A stretch of DNA of 64,000 bases from NCBI GenBank assembly GCA_030248215.1, contig JASANG010002537.1, positions 186,001 to 250,000 of the forward strand, in the 5' to 3' direction. The position numbers and the translations under genes are program-made. This DNA is from Enoplolaimus lenunculus (taxonomy: Eukaryota). The notes under the pieces were generated by a model, which did no database searches, was not told the origin of the DNA, and saw only the letters and a program-made list of their open reading frames with translations. This document shows positions 1 to 13,880 of the stretch, piece after piece (the first letter of the stretch is position 1; every line of letters begins with the position of its first letter).

Positions 1-3000
1 TTTTAGATGTGGCGGTAGCTTGTCTCTCAGCAAAACCAACAGACGATCGCGCGCAGATGCAAACTCGACTGTGCTAGATGCCAATATGTCGGAAATTAAA
101 GATATCGGTTGAAATACAACGTGAATCACAAAAGCCCAAAGTGGACTACAAGGTTCCCATAAACGAGGACCCGTTGTAGTTTCCAGTCGCGTCAACCCAA
201 ATTTATCCACAAAACAAGCAATCAGCTGCATTACTCGCATCACTAGCTTGACCCTTGATGTTTCAAATTGTTTCATAACAGGATAAGGAACAAAACTGTC
301 ACTCAGATCCGCTTTAGCATTATGTTGGCTGCTCGCCAATATACTTTCAACCAAATCGGCAAAAGGTTGACGAATACAGTTTGAGGAAAACCAAAGTATT
401 GCTTTTATCACTTTCGACCCAGCTTCTGGTTTCAGCAAGCTTTCAACATCCGATAAATCTTTCAGCATAACAAAACAATAACAATCGACTGCAGCCATTA
501 CATCGCTCATCAAATCGCCAACCCTACGTATAATTTCTGGTGTCGATAACCCGGCATTCAACGTTTTATCTAAAAATTCATCAAAATTCTTGCAGCGAGA
601 TATTCCTCTCCCAGAGCGAGCAGCAAGAGCCTCCTCCTGACCAGCTGATTCAAAAACATTCACCAACCATTTTTCTCCAAGTTGCTTCACTTTGCCAGCA
701 ATGTACGCATTCACTGATGACGTTCCCTTTAAATACGGGCAAAACGCTTCCAACATCTCCATTACTTTCATTCTCATTGCAACCTCAGGTTGGCCAATCC
801 TGCTTAGCAACCAATCTACCGTAGTAGCTAAACTAGCATTATTACAATGAAGTGGTCGTAGACGATTTGAATTATCAGCTAAAAAGACTGTTGCTTTCTT
901 TGTAATAATACGTATTAAGTGATCTAACGCCGTGGTCAGTTCTTTCGTTGTGCCTACGGCATCACTGTCCCTGTCAGAAAGCACAAGAGCGTTTGTAAAA
1001 TCGACCAGCAACGCTAAACTATACGCATCCCAAATCACTGGCTCTTCTCGAAATTGTACATATATCGAATTGAATGTCACCGCAGCGCCCAGTCGCTTAA
1101 ACGGATTCGGATGTGCTGCATAACAAGAAATGTTACGCATTAAAGTGTGACACCGATCAGCTGCGGATACACCACGTGGAACATTGCCAGATATGACCGA
1201 GGGAGATTGTTTTATGGACCAAGACACAAACTCATTCAAACATTTTGCGCTGAAACGCCGCAATGCAACGTTCGACTCGTTCATAACTTCGGTCATTAAA
1301 AAATCGAGAAGCAATTTCGCTTCCATATTATCGACACCAACAAAACTTGTAAACCAGTGAATCATTTGAAGCACTAACGGTGCAAAAATTTGACGACCGA
1401 TCTAAAATAAAATAATTTGGTAGTCAAACAAGACAATACTGTTTCACTACGTAAACTTCATCCAATAAAAGCAAAGCTTTTAATGATATAAAATTAATTT
1501 TGCTCTTAAACAGGTTCTGCTATACGTCTTTTCATTTTCTTGATTACACCCAGTGTAATAACCCAATTTGAACAACGCGGCTCAATATGCACCCTTGTTT
1601 CTGCTACAAATACAGACACTTAACATACACCACAACAACAACAATCGAAAAGATTGCCAACACGCTGTAACGTTCTTTTATACAAAATTTCAATGCGGAC
1701 TTCCGTCTGTTACAAACTGAAAATATTCCTAAAAACCCTGTACAAAACCACCAAGAAAATGATGTTTGAATGCTAAATACTCGTTTGGCTGCACACCTGA
1801 TTCCAACTTAATAATTATTACCTCGTCCACATCACACGCCAACGTCATCAACGCTGGAAATATATGCGACAAAATCTTTGTTCGTGAACACAATTTGCTT
1901 GTAACATTTTGTACCGTTGAAGAACCAATTAAATACAACACTAGTGAATGTAGCAATTCACATGCAGACGTTTTAGTTTGCAAATCGCTCGACGACACAG
2001 CCAACTCGCATGTCCTAGGCAAGAAATTATCGAGAATGATGTCTAATTTTACATCACGAAACGGTACCGGAAAGATCAAATGTCGAATCGCGTTATCCCA
2101 GGCGAGACATGACGTGGTAGCTTGTTGAGTAGTCGCTTGAACAAGTGCACGCTGACAGCGCCCACCGCCAATAGCCAATAAGGTTACAACGTCTAAGCTT
2201 AGTTTCTGCGCAGAGCTGGTAACGAGCGGAGTGTCACCAGAGAACTCGTTCCCAGCAACGGCGTACGATTTTCGTGGAGATTGTCTCGTAAAACGAACAC
2301 GATTTCGAGCAGTCGGCTTTCGTTCTGTTTTAAAATTAGCCCTTGATACAGTTTTACTGGCTCCAGCATCAAGTATATCACTCAGTGAATTACTCACAAT
2401 CACCCTATCTTGTGACTTGATCTCAAGATAGCTATTCAAATACGGAGCAACTTGGTCGAAAATCTGATCAACCTTGGCCACAGGATGCGCTTCAACCCAA
2501 CGTGATAGCATACTTATACAAGAACTCGCAACCGGGGTATAACCAGTTCCAATCCTCAACGCCTGTACCACAGCAGGTAGAACTGTGTCCAATTTAGCTT
2601 CTAGAACCACCAGCGGAACTGCAAAAATAAATTGTAGCGCTTCCACAAGAACTTCATGTTCGTATGCGACACACCGGCATACTACATACTCTACAAATTC
2701 TGAGTACAGCTGAATGCACTGTGTGACTTCACGCGTTTGATTATTTATTAACCTGCGAACACCTTTTTTAAGACTAATATCATTGGCCATTTTAATTCCT
2801 GTCGAGAAAAAATCGACCCGTTTACAGCCCTCTACCACCAATTGTAGCAAACTGTACAATCCGGCATGAATAGTCGAGTGATCTGTTTCATGACTAGCGT
2901 ACACCCTTGAAACTAACTTTTGTGAAATTTCCCAAGCCCAATGCCGAAATCTGCCTTCGCGATCAGTCTCTGGCTCCAGCAACCATTCTTTCAGAAACAG

Positions 3001-6000
3001 CACAAGATTTGCAAAAATGCTGCAATCTTTAGGAGAATTGAAGAACACATTTTGACTGCCACTGCAGGTGTCTTTGGTAAACTGCATTCTAACACTTGTT
3101 GTCAAATCTAGCTGATCAACAAGATCAATGATTCTTTGAATCACACAATCATATACATGCCTCTGTAGCTTGCACAATTCAGCTTGCACTTTCGTTTTGC
3201 TACGCATACCAAGCAGACTGTTGTGAAGAGCATTTGTCACATCAAGTATGCCACGCCACAATGATGCATAGTCTAAATATGAAATCGGTTGTGCCAATAT
3301 CGATGACCACCTTGTTGGGTGGGCTTTTGATTTTTCCCACTTCTTCGCCGTAGTTTGGTTACCATCGTTTTCCGTCTGGTCCGTAGGAGGTGGATGTGAG
3401 CATGCGAACAACATTCCATGACCAATAATTCTATTCACCACAGAACCTAAATCTTTACTGACCAACGCATGGAAAACTTTCAGCAAGCTCACTATCGACG
3501 GGCGGCGATATTTTTCATCGAGCAAAGGGTAATGCTGCATAAACAGGGCGCATAACCGTTCCACAATACTGCAAAAAGCATCGAATTTTGCAAGTTTAAC
3601 TAAAGACTCGCTGGAAATTTCTGGATCACTCAGATTTATCGTTTCGAACTGAAGCAATAAACTTGAAAATGCATTCAAAAAGTGAATTGTGTACGGAATA
3701 TAGGCTTCAATTTCTGCCGACAAATCAGTCAAAAACAACTGTTCACACTGTCGCGAAACATCTTGCATCATTAATTGAAGATCATCTGGACCGCAGTACA
3801 TCTTGCACGGTGGCGCGAAAAAACTATAACTTTTGACTGCCATTGCAATCAAACGAGTATCCGTGCTTTGCATCAGAATCCTACGATAATGAGCGATAAA
3901 ATACTAAAATGTAAAAAAACATCCAAAAGAATAAAAAGTAAATAACATTATGACACAAAAAAATTAACCCAAACATAATATGGCATGAAAAATTACGTTA
4001 TTTACACAATTCACAGGAAACAGATTGTTTTTGTACTTTTCTTTCGGCTCTTAATTTTACAAGAATTTGCCTTATCCGTTGCAAAGTAGTGGCATAGCGA
4101 CCGTCCGCTGCCAACCATAATAAAACAACCATGGAAGCAAAGTTTAAGGAATTTCACTAAACCACACCACGTATCGTTTAACGGAAAAAACCTTACCCTT
4201 TCAACTTGAGACCCTAGGATTATAATTAAAAGTTGTATTGTGACATCGAATTCATTAATAAGTTCATTTTCAGATTTTAAGCTTTAACGCTCCGTATGTT
4301 AAATTTTGGCTATATGTATCTAATAAGCATTCTAATCTCTTACACTGACCTAAGCATGAACACGGCATACTTCAAAGTGTAATTTGTCTTTTGTTAAACG
4401 TAAGAAAAGAAGACATTGTTTGAAGCAAGCGTGGCTTCAAAACCTCCCTAGGAAGCTTTGGGTGTTCCCATGGGTTCTCTCAACACCATTGCTCTCAAGC
4501 AAGGACTTAGAATAAAGGAATTACATAAATATAATCAGCTTGACATAATTACTGGTTCGTTTCAGCTTATAGCAATAATTTTGCATCTTGAGGCTGCTTC
4601 AGTGGGTGCTGCGAGTTAAATGATATCTTTATAAAACTAAGATTCGGAAGCCGGTAACTCAAAATTAAATTTTCTATATCCAAAATTGAAAATGTGATTT
4701 CGGACATCCAGATATATACGAATACACGGATAAATATCTGGCAAGAATTGAGGGATATCCGAATAAAAATAAAAATCCGATGTCCATCAGTACTAAAAAC
4801 CGGGATGATGTCCCGCTGCACCATACAGTTTAAATACTGCAATGAACTAAGTGTACAGAATGTTATGCATGCGTTAAATAACCTACCGCAAATATTGATC
4901 GGCACTCTGCCACTTTAGTGTCATCACCTGCATAGTCTTTTAACATTTCCGCCATCTAAAACAAAACGTCGTATCTCATACCGGATATGGACAACTTGTG
5001 ATGAAACGTAACAAATCGTGAAAAAAATTCATGAAACTCGGGCACAAAATAACACGAATTTTTATTCAGCTTGCCAACAGGAATGCTAGTAGTAGTAACT
5101 GAAGGAAGACAACAAAGCATATATCCCCATTTTGCTCAAAATTGTGTGCCGATTGCTTAGAACCCGGCAGACCAGAGAGCCTGATATAAGGGCATATCTA
5201 ACGTGAATATGTTTAGCACATAACTCATTGAGAACACCGACAGTGTCCACCGCCACCAAATTTATTCTCAATTAAAATTATACCAATAGCAAAAAATATT
5301 GCTGACTTGCTCAAGAAATTTATCCATACAAGCAAACGCAGCGTGCTTAACATCCTTCGCGTCTGTGCGGTGCGCAATCCAATGATCCAAAGTTTGATGA
5401 ACATTCTGGAAAAAATCAACAACAATACACTAACAGCTCACATACAAGAAACATCTTCTTCAACGGAGCACCTAAATTACAGTAGAGTTCAATCTGATAT
5501 CCGGCACCGGCCAAAAATCAACATCCTGCTCCGGCTCCAGTATTCCTGAAGTCACTAATAGGTGTGCCCGTACACATGAAATACTGCACTCATATATGTG
5601 CGCAGGCCAACCTGCTATTCAGTCCAATTACTAATTGGCATTGGCCAATCTGCTATATTGCGTAATTGCAGTTTCGCCTAGGCTAAACTGCTATTAAATT
5701 TATTAACCAATCAAATTTGATAATTTGGACAGACGTGATACCGTTATACAATCAGCGTTGGTTTTACATCACTGCTGTTTTACTACATCTTACGATAGCT
5801 ATTTGGCCTAGGCTTACAGATTGGCCAAGGTCAGTTGGTAATCGACCTGAAAACAGATTGGCCTACGACATATAATTGCGTGTAAATATATTTTATATGC
5901 TGCATACTAGGGTTCCAACGGAAAATCTGTTCCGGCTAGAATTATTTTATTTTCCGTTACAGTTCGTTACACGTAATTCGGAGGTGCAAAATACTTGCAA

Positions 6001-9000
6001 TTCTTCCAATTCCTCGTCTGTTCCGGCAAAAAACTGAATTTCTGTTCCTTTGAAAACGTACTTTTTGTTGGATCTTTGCTGTAAGTATGCTGATATGCAA
6101 ATCACCGTATAATTAGACAACAAACATTAGTATCAGGGAGACAACGATGAATTTTCAAAGGACTACACACTTCTCGACGATGGATCATGAATCTGGATTT
6201 GGCTAAATTTTTTTCGGATACCACAGTTTTAGAACAGGCTGGCAAATTTAAAAATAAAATACTATTTCCACTTCAGGTTAAATGATCAATAACGGCAAAA
6301 ATAATATATATCATACTAACACTATAATCGGTCAATATTTTGTCTTTGAACAAGTATATATGGTGTTCTAGAAGTTGCAAAGCGTCTGAAACAATTTGAG
6401 TTAATATAAACGTGCATAACACTCATTTGATATTTGCAAATTAATTCGCTGTCTTTTTGCCAGTAATGACAAACTAGTAGTTTGCAGCAGTACGTATAGA
6501 AGGCTTCAACTAGCCATATAAATTAACATTTTTTCTTATAATCGATCGATCGCGGAAATAATTACAGAGTTAATTAATATGGCCTGCTAAATAATATGGC
6601 CTGTAGAAACAATGAAACTATATTCGAGCTTTCTTTTGCAAAACTGGAGACAAAGCGAAAACTATTAAATCTTAAAATACGGTCGTCGTTTCAAAATTCT
6701 AAATCTGTTTTGTCTATTCTTACATAACGGAGCGTCGTATCTGGAAAGTTTATTATCTGGTTGAAGCACCGTCTTGATGAATGGATAAAGCTGGGCAGCA
6801 ATCTCTTCTGCAATCAATACATCGGCATTATTTCGCCCAAATAATTTTAATACCTACGCATATGCCAAGCTAACATGACATTAAGCCGTAAAAACATGTA
6901 ACACAAGATAAAAACTGGCTTTAGCAACAAACACCAAAGCTATCAGTCAAGAATAATTTTTCTGTATTCGAGTCAAATTTGCAAAAACATGCACGTAATT
7001 CTAGAAAGTTACGAAAAGTTTCAAGTTGCAATCAACTGAGAATGATGCAAATTTCCATACGGCAGTTTAAAATAATACAGCTGATAAACAAGTTTAATTT
7101 TTGTTGCATGTAACACTGACCGTTTCCAAAATTTGTCAAAAATCCATCAAAACCTTTGAAGCAACCGGCTACAGATATTAGCTCAGCTTTGTGGATGCGG
7201 GATTGCAACTGAAATATAAGACATATGCTGATAATTAACTGTATTTACAAACTTAATAGTGTAATTTTCAAAATAAATCAAATACGCTATGACCTGGTAT
7301 AGTCACTTTTCCAAGTAGTGTGTTCTTTGATCTACATATGAGTAGCGTGTCCAATCGCGACCAAAACAATATATTAACAGATAAACTGAAAACTTTGCAT
7401 GCATTATAAAGCAGAAGCAAAATAATTCCAATCTGCAATTCAGGTTCAAAGCATCGACAAATATTAACCTGAGATCGAAGATCCTGGAAAAGTGTTAACT
7501 TTAAAGCATTTGATCGCGCTTGCATCACTGTTGGAGCATAAAAACACGCCACACCGAGAAATTCATAAACGCTGAACAACACTGAAAATAATTAGTGCCG
7601 AATAAGGTAAATAACTCAGCAATAAGCTGCTGAAATGGTAAATCAACACTATGTACAGCAACAAGATATAACCAGGGTGCAACCGAATTTATAAAAATAT
7701 ACGAGATTGAGCTGATACAGAATTTTGGTTGTACCAACGGCAACCTATGGTATAAACCAAATTGGCTTAAAATCGAAAAACCTGTTTCCTATCAAAAATA
7801 ATGTTAGAGCTAGATCAACGGGTGCACCAAACTTGAAAAAACATCATTCCTAGAAAATAGACGAAAGCAAAGCCCAATTTTATATTCCGGGCTATGTTGA
7901 TAAGATGGTGTACTTTTCGTTGTCCCAAAAATGTATACGCATTGCGCATAACGAACTTAATCCTTACATGTGGCAGATTTTTCAGCTTTGCTCTTCTTGC
8001 TCAAAATCCGATTAAACAACAGTTCTACAACTGCCTCAATGTCCACGTTTTCCGATAATCCTCGCTGGCAAACGCAAGTGACAACCTAAAACACAACGGG
8101 CGGGTTTCTGAAATCCTACTTAACTTTATTATTTACTTAAGTTAAACTTAAGTAATTACTTCAGCTGCCGACTTAAGGAAATACTTTTTTGAACAAAACC
8201 AAATACACGCCAAATGTCCGCCATTGTCATAACAAAGGGTAACTGTTTTGCTTTATATTAAAGAGGACAATGAGTCTACAATTTCAATTAGACCATGATT
8301 AGTATGTCTACTCGGTTAATTTGTAAAATATCACATTTTAGTCAGCGACTTAAGTACTTAGTTAACTTAAGTATGTTTTTAAAAACGACAAAATTGTTAA
8401 GTAATTACTTTTACTTAGCGCGTACTTAAATACTAAGCCGTAATTGAGTTGGGTTTCGGAAACCCTGCAAATATTATGTGTATACGTACTATACAATGTT
8501 GGGAATAGAAATAATTTGGCATCTATAGCAAATGTTTTTTATTTAACAAAAGCTAAATAGTCGAAAAATAACTGGGACACGCATAATAAACCATCGGGAA
8601 ACTCGAACAGAAATTGACTAACGTATGAATGTAAAACAAGACTTATAATACAAAAAGCTTGGAATGCATGGGTGTATGTTTCGTTTTACTAATAATCAAT
8701 ATGACTGTAAAGAACTCACGACAGAGATCGTTCGTATGAGCAAAGCCTTCAGCTTGATACCAGGATTTGACATTACCACATCACATAAAGCGCTCTAAAA
8801 GAAGCATACAAACGATAACTAATAGCAAGCGAAAATGCGGGCGATTATACGAATTAGAAAACTCGGATGCATAGAGAATTCCACTCGCTTATTCTATTCC
8901 GCATGCTACACAACCAAAAATCGAGTGTCCCGGTGGCATAAAAAAAGCATATACAAAATATTTTATTTACCACTGCTTTATTTATGCTTGCGAGTAGCTG

Positions 9001-10151
9001 ATGATATGCTCAACTAGCTTCACGATCAACATCAAAAACTCTGCGATAATTCGCCGTTTTCATGTAAAGTTTCCTATACAATCGCAATTAGCACATGTGC
9101 AATTTTATATAAAAGTCCAAGCATCGCATTAAGTTTCGCTTACCGTAAGCTGGACCAAAAAATTTGTCTGGAAATGATGCAGTATATCATTCGATTGCAA
9201 AAAGTTCAACAGCACCATTTTAGCTTCGGCAAACTAAAAACAGTTATGTAAAAATTTTAATAACAAGTATGTAGTAGTGTTCGTCTATTAACACAAATTG
9301 CAACGATAATAATGTACAATTGTGGTCAGAATAAAGTGCACCCGCACACGTACGCGGCCGCAGACGCACGCAGATGCAAACGCACATACCGACACGCAGA
9401 TAACCGCGAATGAACGCTACCTCATGCTATGTAATTTGACACCTATTTTATATCAAGCAGATGCTTGTTAGTAATTCCTGTACAAACAGGCGCAAATGCA
9501 CGCCAACACAAGCACATGCAGTAACACGCAACACTTTGTTTCGCGGATTTAGCACCCGCTGAACTCATAGGTAGTACACATCGTATTGCAAATATTATTT
9601 TGTATAGAAGGAAAATGTACAACAGTAATACGCATTACATACTCGATTTTCTTTTGCCCCGGATGTCAGAAATAAATTAAGGCCATCAGCTTGCTTCTTG
9701 AATGCAACAGACAAAATGTGATCTATAACGGCAGATTATGAAGCATATAATATGTATAATGACAATTACATGAAAATAATACCTCCTATTAACACTCAAC
9801 ACTTCTGCCTGTTTAAAAATGTTCAAAACATACTATTATAAGTTCTGGAGTTAAACAAAAATCAATCACTTTATTTTATATTTAGCTAGCAAATATACGC
9901 TGTTAAAGCGCATGCAAGTTTTTCTAAAGCCCGGAAGCAACTGAAATAAGCTCGTTATATCTACAGCCGGTTTCGTAGTCACATTTAAAAATAAACTGAC
10001 CAATTTGTTTTGGACCAGCAGTTTGTAAGAAGTCCAACAACACAGCACATAAATCTGTAAGGCAGGTGTTTGCGTCATCGTCGGTTGTGCAATCATTTGA
10101 AATAAGCTCAGCTAAATCGGCTAACCGAGCTTCAATTTCACCAACGTCCAT
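1..10151 (-). CDS. PRKDC: DNA-dependent protein kinase catalytic subunit, N-terminal HEAT region; multi-exon, 3' end beyond the left edge
   Basis: ATG at 10151 (MDVGEIEARL). Small GT-AG exons translate to DNA-PKcs-like peptides: LLFSVYEFLGVACFYAP..LFQDLRSQ (~7470-7580), ISVAGCFKGFDGFLTNF (~7120-7210), KLSRYDAP, ALQLLEHHIYLFKDKILTDY, HWIAHRTDAKDVKHAAFACMDKFLEQ. These are followed by a 2059-nt exon 3880-1822 (AVKSYSFFAPPCK..LAWDNAIRHLIFPVPFRDVKLDIILDNFLPRTCELAVSSSDLQTKTSACELLHSLV..LACDVDE) and an exon from 1401 past base 1 (RQIFAPLVLQMIHWFT..RRFSAKCLNEFVSWSIKQ..HPNPFKRLGAAVTFNSIYVQFREE). These match remembered human PRKDC motifs (LACDVD, QLIHWFT, EFLKWSIKQ, HPNAFKRLGA). Confidence 0.93.
5586..5884. 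mobile_element. palindromic MITE-like element in a PRKDC intron
   Basis: Imperfect ~65-bp inverted arms (catatatgtgcgcaggccaacctg..ttggccaatctg / cagattggccaa..cagattggcctacgacatata); no ORF. Confidence 0.55.
8101..8467. mobile_element. TIR MITE-like element
   Basis: Inverted termini cgggtttctgaaatcctacttaa / ttgagttgggtttcggaaaccctg, with many internal cttaag palindromes. Confidence 0.55.
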
Positions 10152-10297
10152 TTTTAAAACGATATTCAAGAAAAGATATCACAAACTATAAAATAAACGT
10201 GAAAAAAGCTCCTATGAGCCAGCATAGCGGTAAGTTGTTTTCAGAAATAGTATTGGTAACAATACACTGTTGCTTACGTAACAGTGAGTCTAAGGTG

Positions 10298-10676
10298 CCA
10301 GGGTACGACCGGATACCAAAACCGCATATTGAATTTTTTAGTGAAACCGGATATTGCATGTAAATATGAGCATTGTTAAAAGTAATTGAGTCGCGCAAAG
10401 TTATATGTTTACACAATTAAAACTAAACCTTAGCTTGGATTATACATTTTGTTTCAGCGGATTATACATTTTGTTTCAGCGAGTGAAAATTAACAGCTTT
10501 TACTTGCACTGAAAGATAATAGCAGCGATATGTTAAATTTGTTCACTTGTCTAAAGCAGCTTTGTGATATTCGGGGCCACAACCGTAAATATTCGGTAAG
10601 TTTATAACTATATCGGATCCGGGTATAGATATCGGTTTTTGCAGGATATTTAAACCGGATATCCGGTCGCGACCTG
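10298..10676. mobile_element. CAGGG-ended MITE (same family as 26221-26645 and 58861-59425)
   Basis: Termini cagggtacgaccggata / tatccggtcgcgacctg. The interior is the reverse complement of the aaaacagctttt..acaagtg block shared with the other two copies. Confidence 0.6.
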
Positions 10677-12334
10677 ACAATCACTACTCATAATCTACCA
10701 ATTAGCAATCAGATGGCAATTTGCAAAGGTCATATTTGAATTTCCATAACGGAAACACTTCACGGTATATGTTGTAACCGGAATACCAATTAGGATTAGA
10801 ATCCCTATTCAAATCCTTCCAGTTTTTTTTACGACTGCAGGTATAATCGAAACCGTAGTTTTTCTTCGTTTCTAACCTGGATTATTTGCAATTATGTGGG
10901 AAAATTGCCTGCAGTTCGGGTTTATGTTATATAGACAGGGAAATTATCACACAAAGGTCGTATCATAAGCAATATATTTCTGTCAAAAAATCAATATTAA
11001 TATCATTTACTGCTTGAGTGAAAGTAGCCAATATAAAATATTGCATCCAGTTTTAAGTCTAAGGGAAAACAAGCAGCAAAAATTATTGTGCCACGATTTA
11101 AGTACACCCTGACGGTTCCAGTAAAAATGATAATACTGCATGGGATAGTTACAGAACCGGCATTGTATTGACAAGTATGCATAAATTTAGGGTATCTGTG
11201 GGCTGGCAACAATTCTCAGGACCGTCGCAAGAGCAAACTGGCAATCATTTTTTGGCTCTGTAAAGCGAAACTACATTCAATTATTGATGTTACCTCATCG
11301 AAAACAATTGAAATAAATGATGCTGAACAAGTAAGCCTACTATTAAGATGTCAATATTCGGACTGATTCTGATTGTGCAATCGGAATCGGCACTCGTTTT
11401 GAATCACAATTCTAACCGGAATCGGAATTCCGGTTGCAATATAAACACCGGCCATTTCATTTACGACGTAATGGATGCATGCGGGACATAGTCAGCCGCT
11501 GGGGTTGCCGGCAACGAAATTTCCTAAAACGACGATTCCCCTTGGCTTGCTTGTTGCAACCTATTTGACAGTCTATCAGGGCAAGGGAAGTCCGGCGTCT
11601 GACCAGGGATAGGAGTCTCGATCTCGGTAACTCTCAAAATTTAGCAGATCTCGATTTTTTGAGTCTCGGCGGTTTGGAACCACCCTGAAGTCGAGGATTC
11701 AGCAAAATGCTGGTAAAAAATCTAAAAAGTAGAAGTTAATATTCTTTCAAACTTGGATATGGATATATAAATCTGCTGGAACTGTGCCAAAAATACATAT
11801 GTGGCGCGTTCCAGCTTTAATAATATATAGATATATACAGTATAATGGGGGCTCTTTTTTACTTTTCGTTCAGGGAGTTGGAGCCCCTCTGACCCAGTTT
11901 CAAGGGACGCTCAACAGGATAGAGTCTGCCGCCAAGCAAGCCTTCGCACTACGCGTTCCGTATAGTAGAAAGTCAAAAACACAGGTAAAAAGTACTTTGA
12001 TAGAATATATAGAATATATGTTACAATAATGAATTGCTTATTTTGGGTTGTTTGGGGGGCAACAGCCCCCACCCTGCTTAGGCCTTAGGGTCCCCTGAAC
12101 TTGCAGGGGGGTCAAGAGAGTGGCAGCCCCTGAGAACCAAATTTTAAAAAATTTTCTGTGTGGGGGTTTTTCCTAGTGGTGAGGAGAAGTAATATAACAA
12201 ATTGATTTAATATTAATATAAATTTTGAAAAAATTGCTTTGAATTCTGATAAAAAATTACATTTTCATTTATTTAAAAACTTGGACCAATGTATTGAACA
12301 CGGCCGTAACAGTAATATAATGGTATTCCTGGAA

Positions 12335-12685
12335 CAGGGTGCAACCGGAATTACGATTTACCGCAACCGGAATTTGAAAAAATTACCGAAAACAGAAAAT
12401 GAAAAATACATGCCACCGAAAAAATCATATTAATTTTATTTTTTGCATTACTATTGGTGAATTAACTCTAGTTGGTGATAGCTATTCACTTTATCTGCTG
12501 TATTTTAGATATTCATAATCGAAGCGCAATCTACCTTAGATGGTTTATTTTCGTCGCTTGTTAAGGTTTATGTAATATACGAATGAAATCTATTTAATTT
12601 TTATCGTTCTTTTTAGCAAATATCTTAATTTCCACCGACCAAATAGGTGAAAAAATGCTAGAACCACAATTCCCGTTGCATCCTG
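12335..12685. mobile_element. hAT-like MITE (CAGGGTGCAAC TIR); inverted relative of 57233-57581
   Basis: TIRs cagggtgcaaccggaatt / aattcccgttgcatcctg; degenerate 8-bp flanks tcctggaa / tcctgaat. The ORF track shows the same pseudo-peptide [11 protein letters not shown] at both copies. Confidence 0.65.
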
Positions 12686-12829
12686 TCCTGAATATAAACT
12701 TATGCCTAGGCGGCCCATGTTCCTTTCAGGGGCGTCGCATTTTCCCGCCGGACAGCAATAGTGCCGGAGAGCAGCATTTGCTACTCCTGTTTGTGCATAC
12801 GCGAAGACAATATTTCACTAATTATTACA

Positions 12830-13337
12830 GTTAGAAGCAAGCTAATTTTAGCATTAAACGGTTTTTGAGTGCGAGGAATCTGCGTAGACTGTTTACAAAC
12901 CTTAAAAATCGATAACTGAGCAGTTAGCTAATAGATAATTTGCATATTAACATAGTTTATAAGCCTAAATTAGGACTTTTTACAATATCTCACTAATTAT
13001 TAAGGTAAAAGCAATATAATTTCAGCACTAAAGAGTTTATAGGTGCGAGGAATTTGAACAAATTGTTTACAAACATCCAAAATCGATAATTGTATAGTTA
13101 GCTAATATATAATTTGCATATTAGCTTAATTGACAAGACAAAACAAGGACTTTTTAAATTATTTCAATAATTATTAGGGTTTACTGAAGGTTTTTGGGTG
13201 CGAGGAATCTGAATAAATTGTTTACAACCCTCCAAAACCGATAAATGAATAGTTGGCTAATAACTAATTTGCATGCTACCTTAATTGCTTACGTGTGTTC
13301 GAGCTTCGCTCAATAAATGTAGTCCTACTACGACTGG
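12830..13337 (+). mobile_element. Helitron/Helentron-like non-autonomous element fragment with ~155-175 bp internal tandem units
   Basis: Three gtgcgaggaat..tttacaa..agttagctaat..aatttgcatatt units (12868, 13042, 13198). It ends in hairpin GTAGT-cct-ACTAC then CTGG|T. Reverse-complement copies at 32222-32330 and 56090-57142. Confidence 0.55.
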
Positions 13338-13512
13338 TTAAACTTTGTTGTTGTTATATGTGGGTTGGTTAGCAAGATCAGTTAGTGTGGGGGAATGCGG
13401 CGCAGCAGCCCCCGATGTTGCTCAGGGCCCTTCCAAATGCGGGGGGAGGCGGGGGTACAGGGGGGTGGGCGGTCAGTAGCTTCTTGATAGAATCAATCTC
13501 AACAGAAACACT

Positions 13513-13880
13513 ACTGTCCCATTTTCCGTTTTTTGTGCGGAAATGCACTGATTTTTGTCCCACTGCAGTTTTCCAACCGAAAATTTGCAGCTGTCCTGTT
13601 CCCCATTTGCCCGAAACACAGCTGCCCCACTGTCCCGTTTACCCCGCGAAAATTCCCGTAGCAAAATTGTTCCGTTTTCCCAGCGAGACTGCAACTGTCC
13701 CGTTTTCCCACTTGCCCGAAACAGGCTTATACATTGTGCAGTTTTCCCAGCAAAAAAGTGCAACTGTCCCGTTTCCCCATTTGCCCTAAACAAACTTGTT
13801 CCACTGTCCCGTTTTTACAACGAAAAATTGCAGCTGTCCCGTTTTCCCGGAACAGGCCTCTCATTTTCCCATCTGCCCGT
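13513..13880 (+). repeat. degenerate ~30/60-bp minisatellite (ctgtcccgttttccc..aaattgcag)
   Basis: About a dozen ctgtccc/ctgtcct-ttttcc motifs at regular spacing; a reverse-complement array lies at 17380-17700. Confidence 0.7.

Noticed and set aside
8972..9075. AG..GT-bounded segment in PRKDC intron
   Set aside because: It has stops in all three frames, and the flanking exons join in frame without it.
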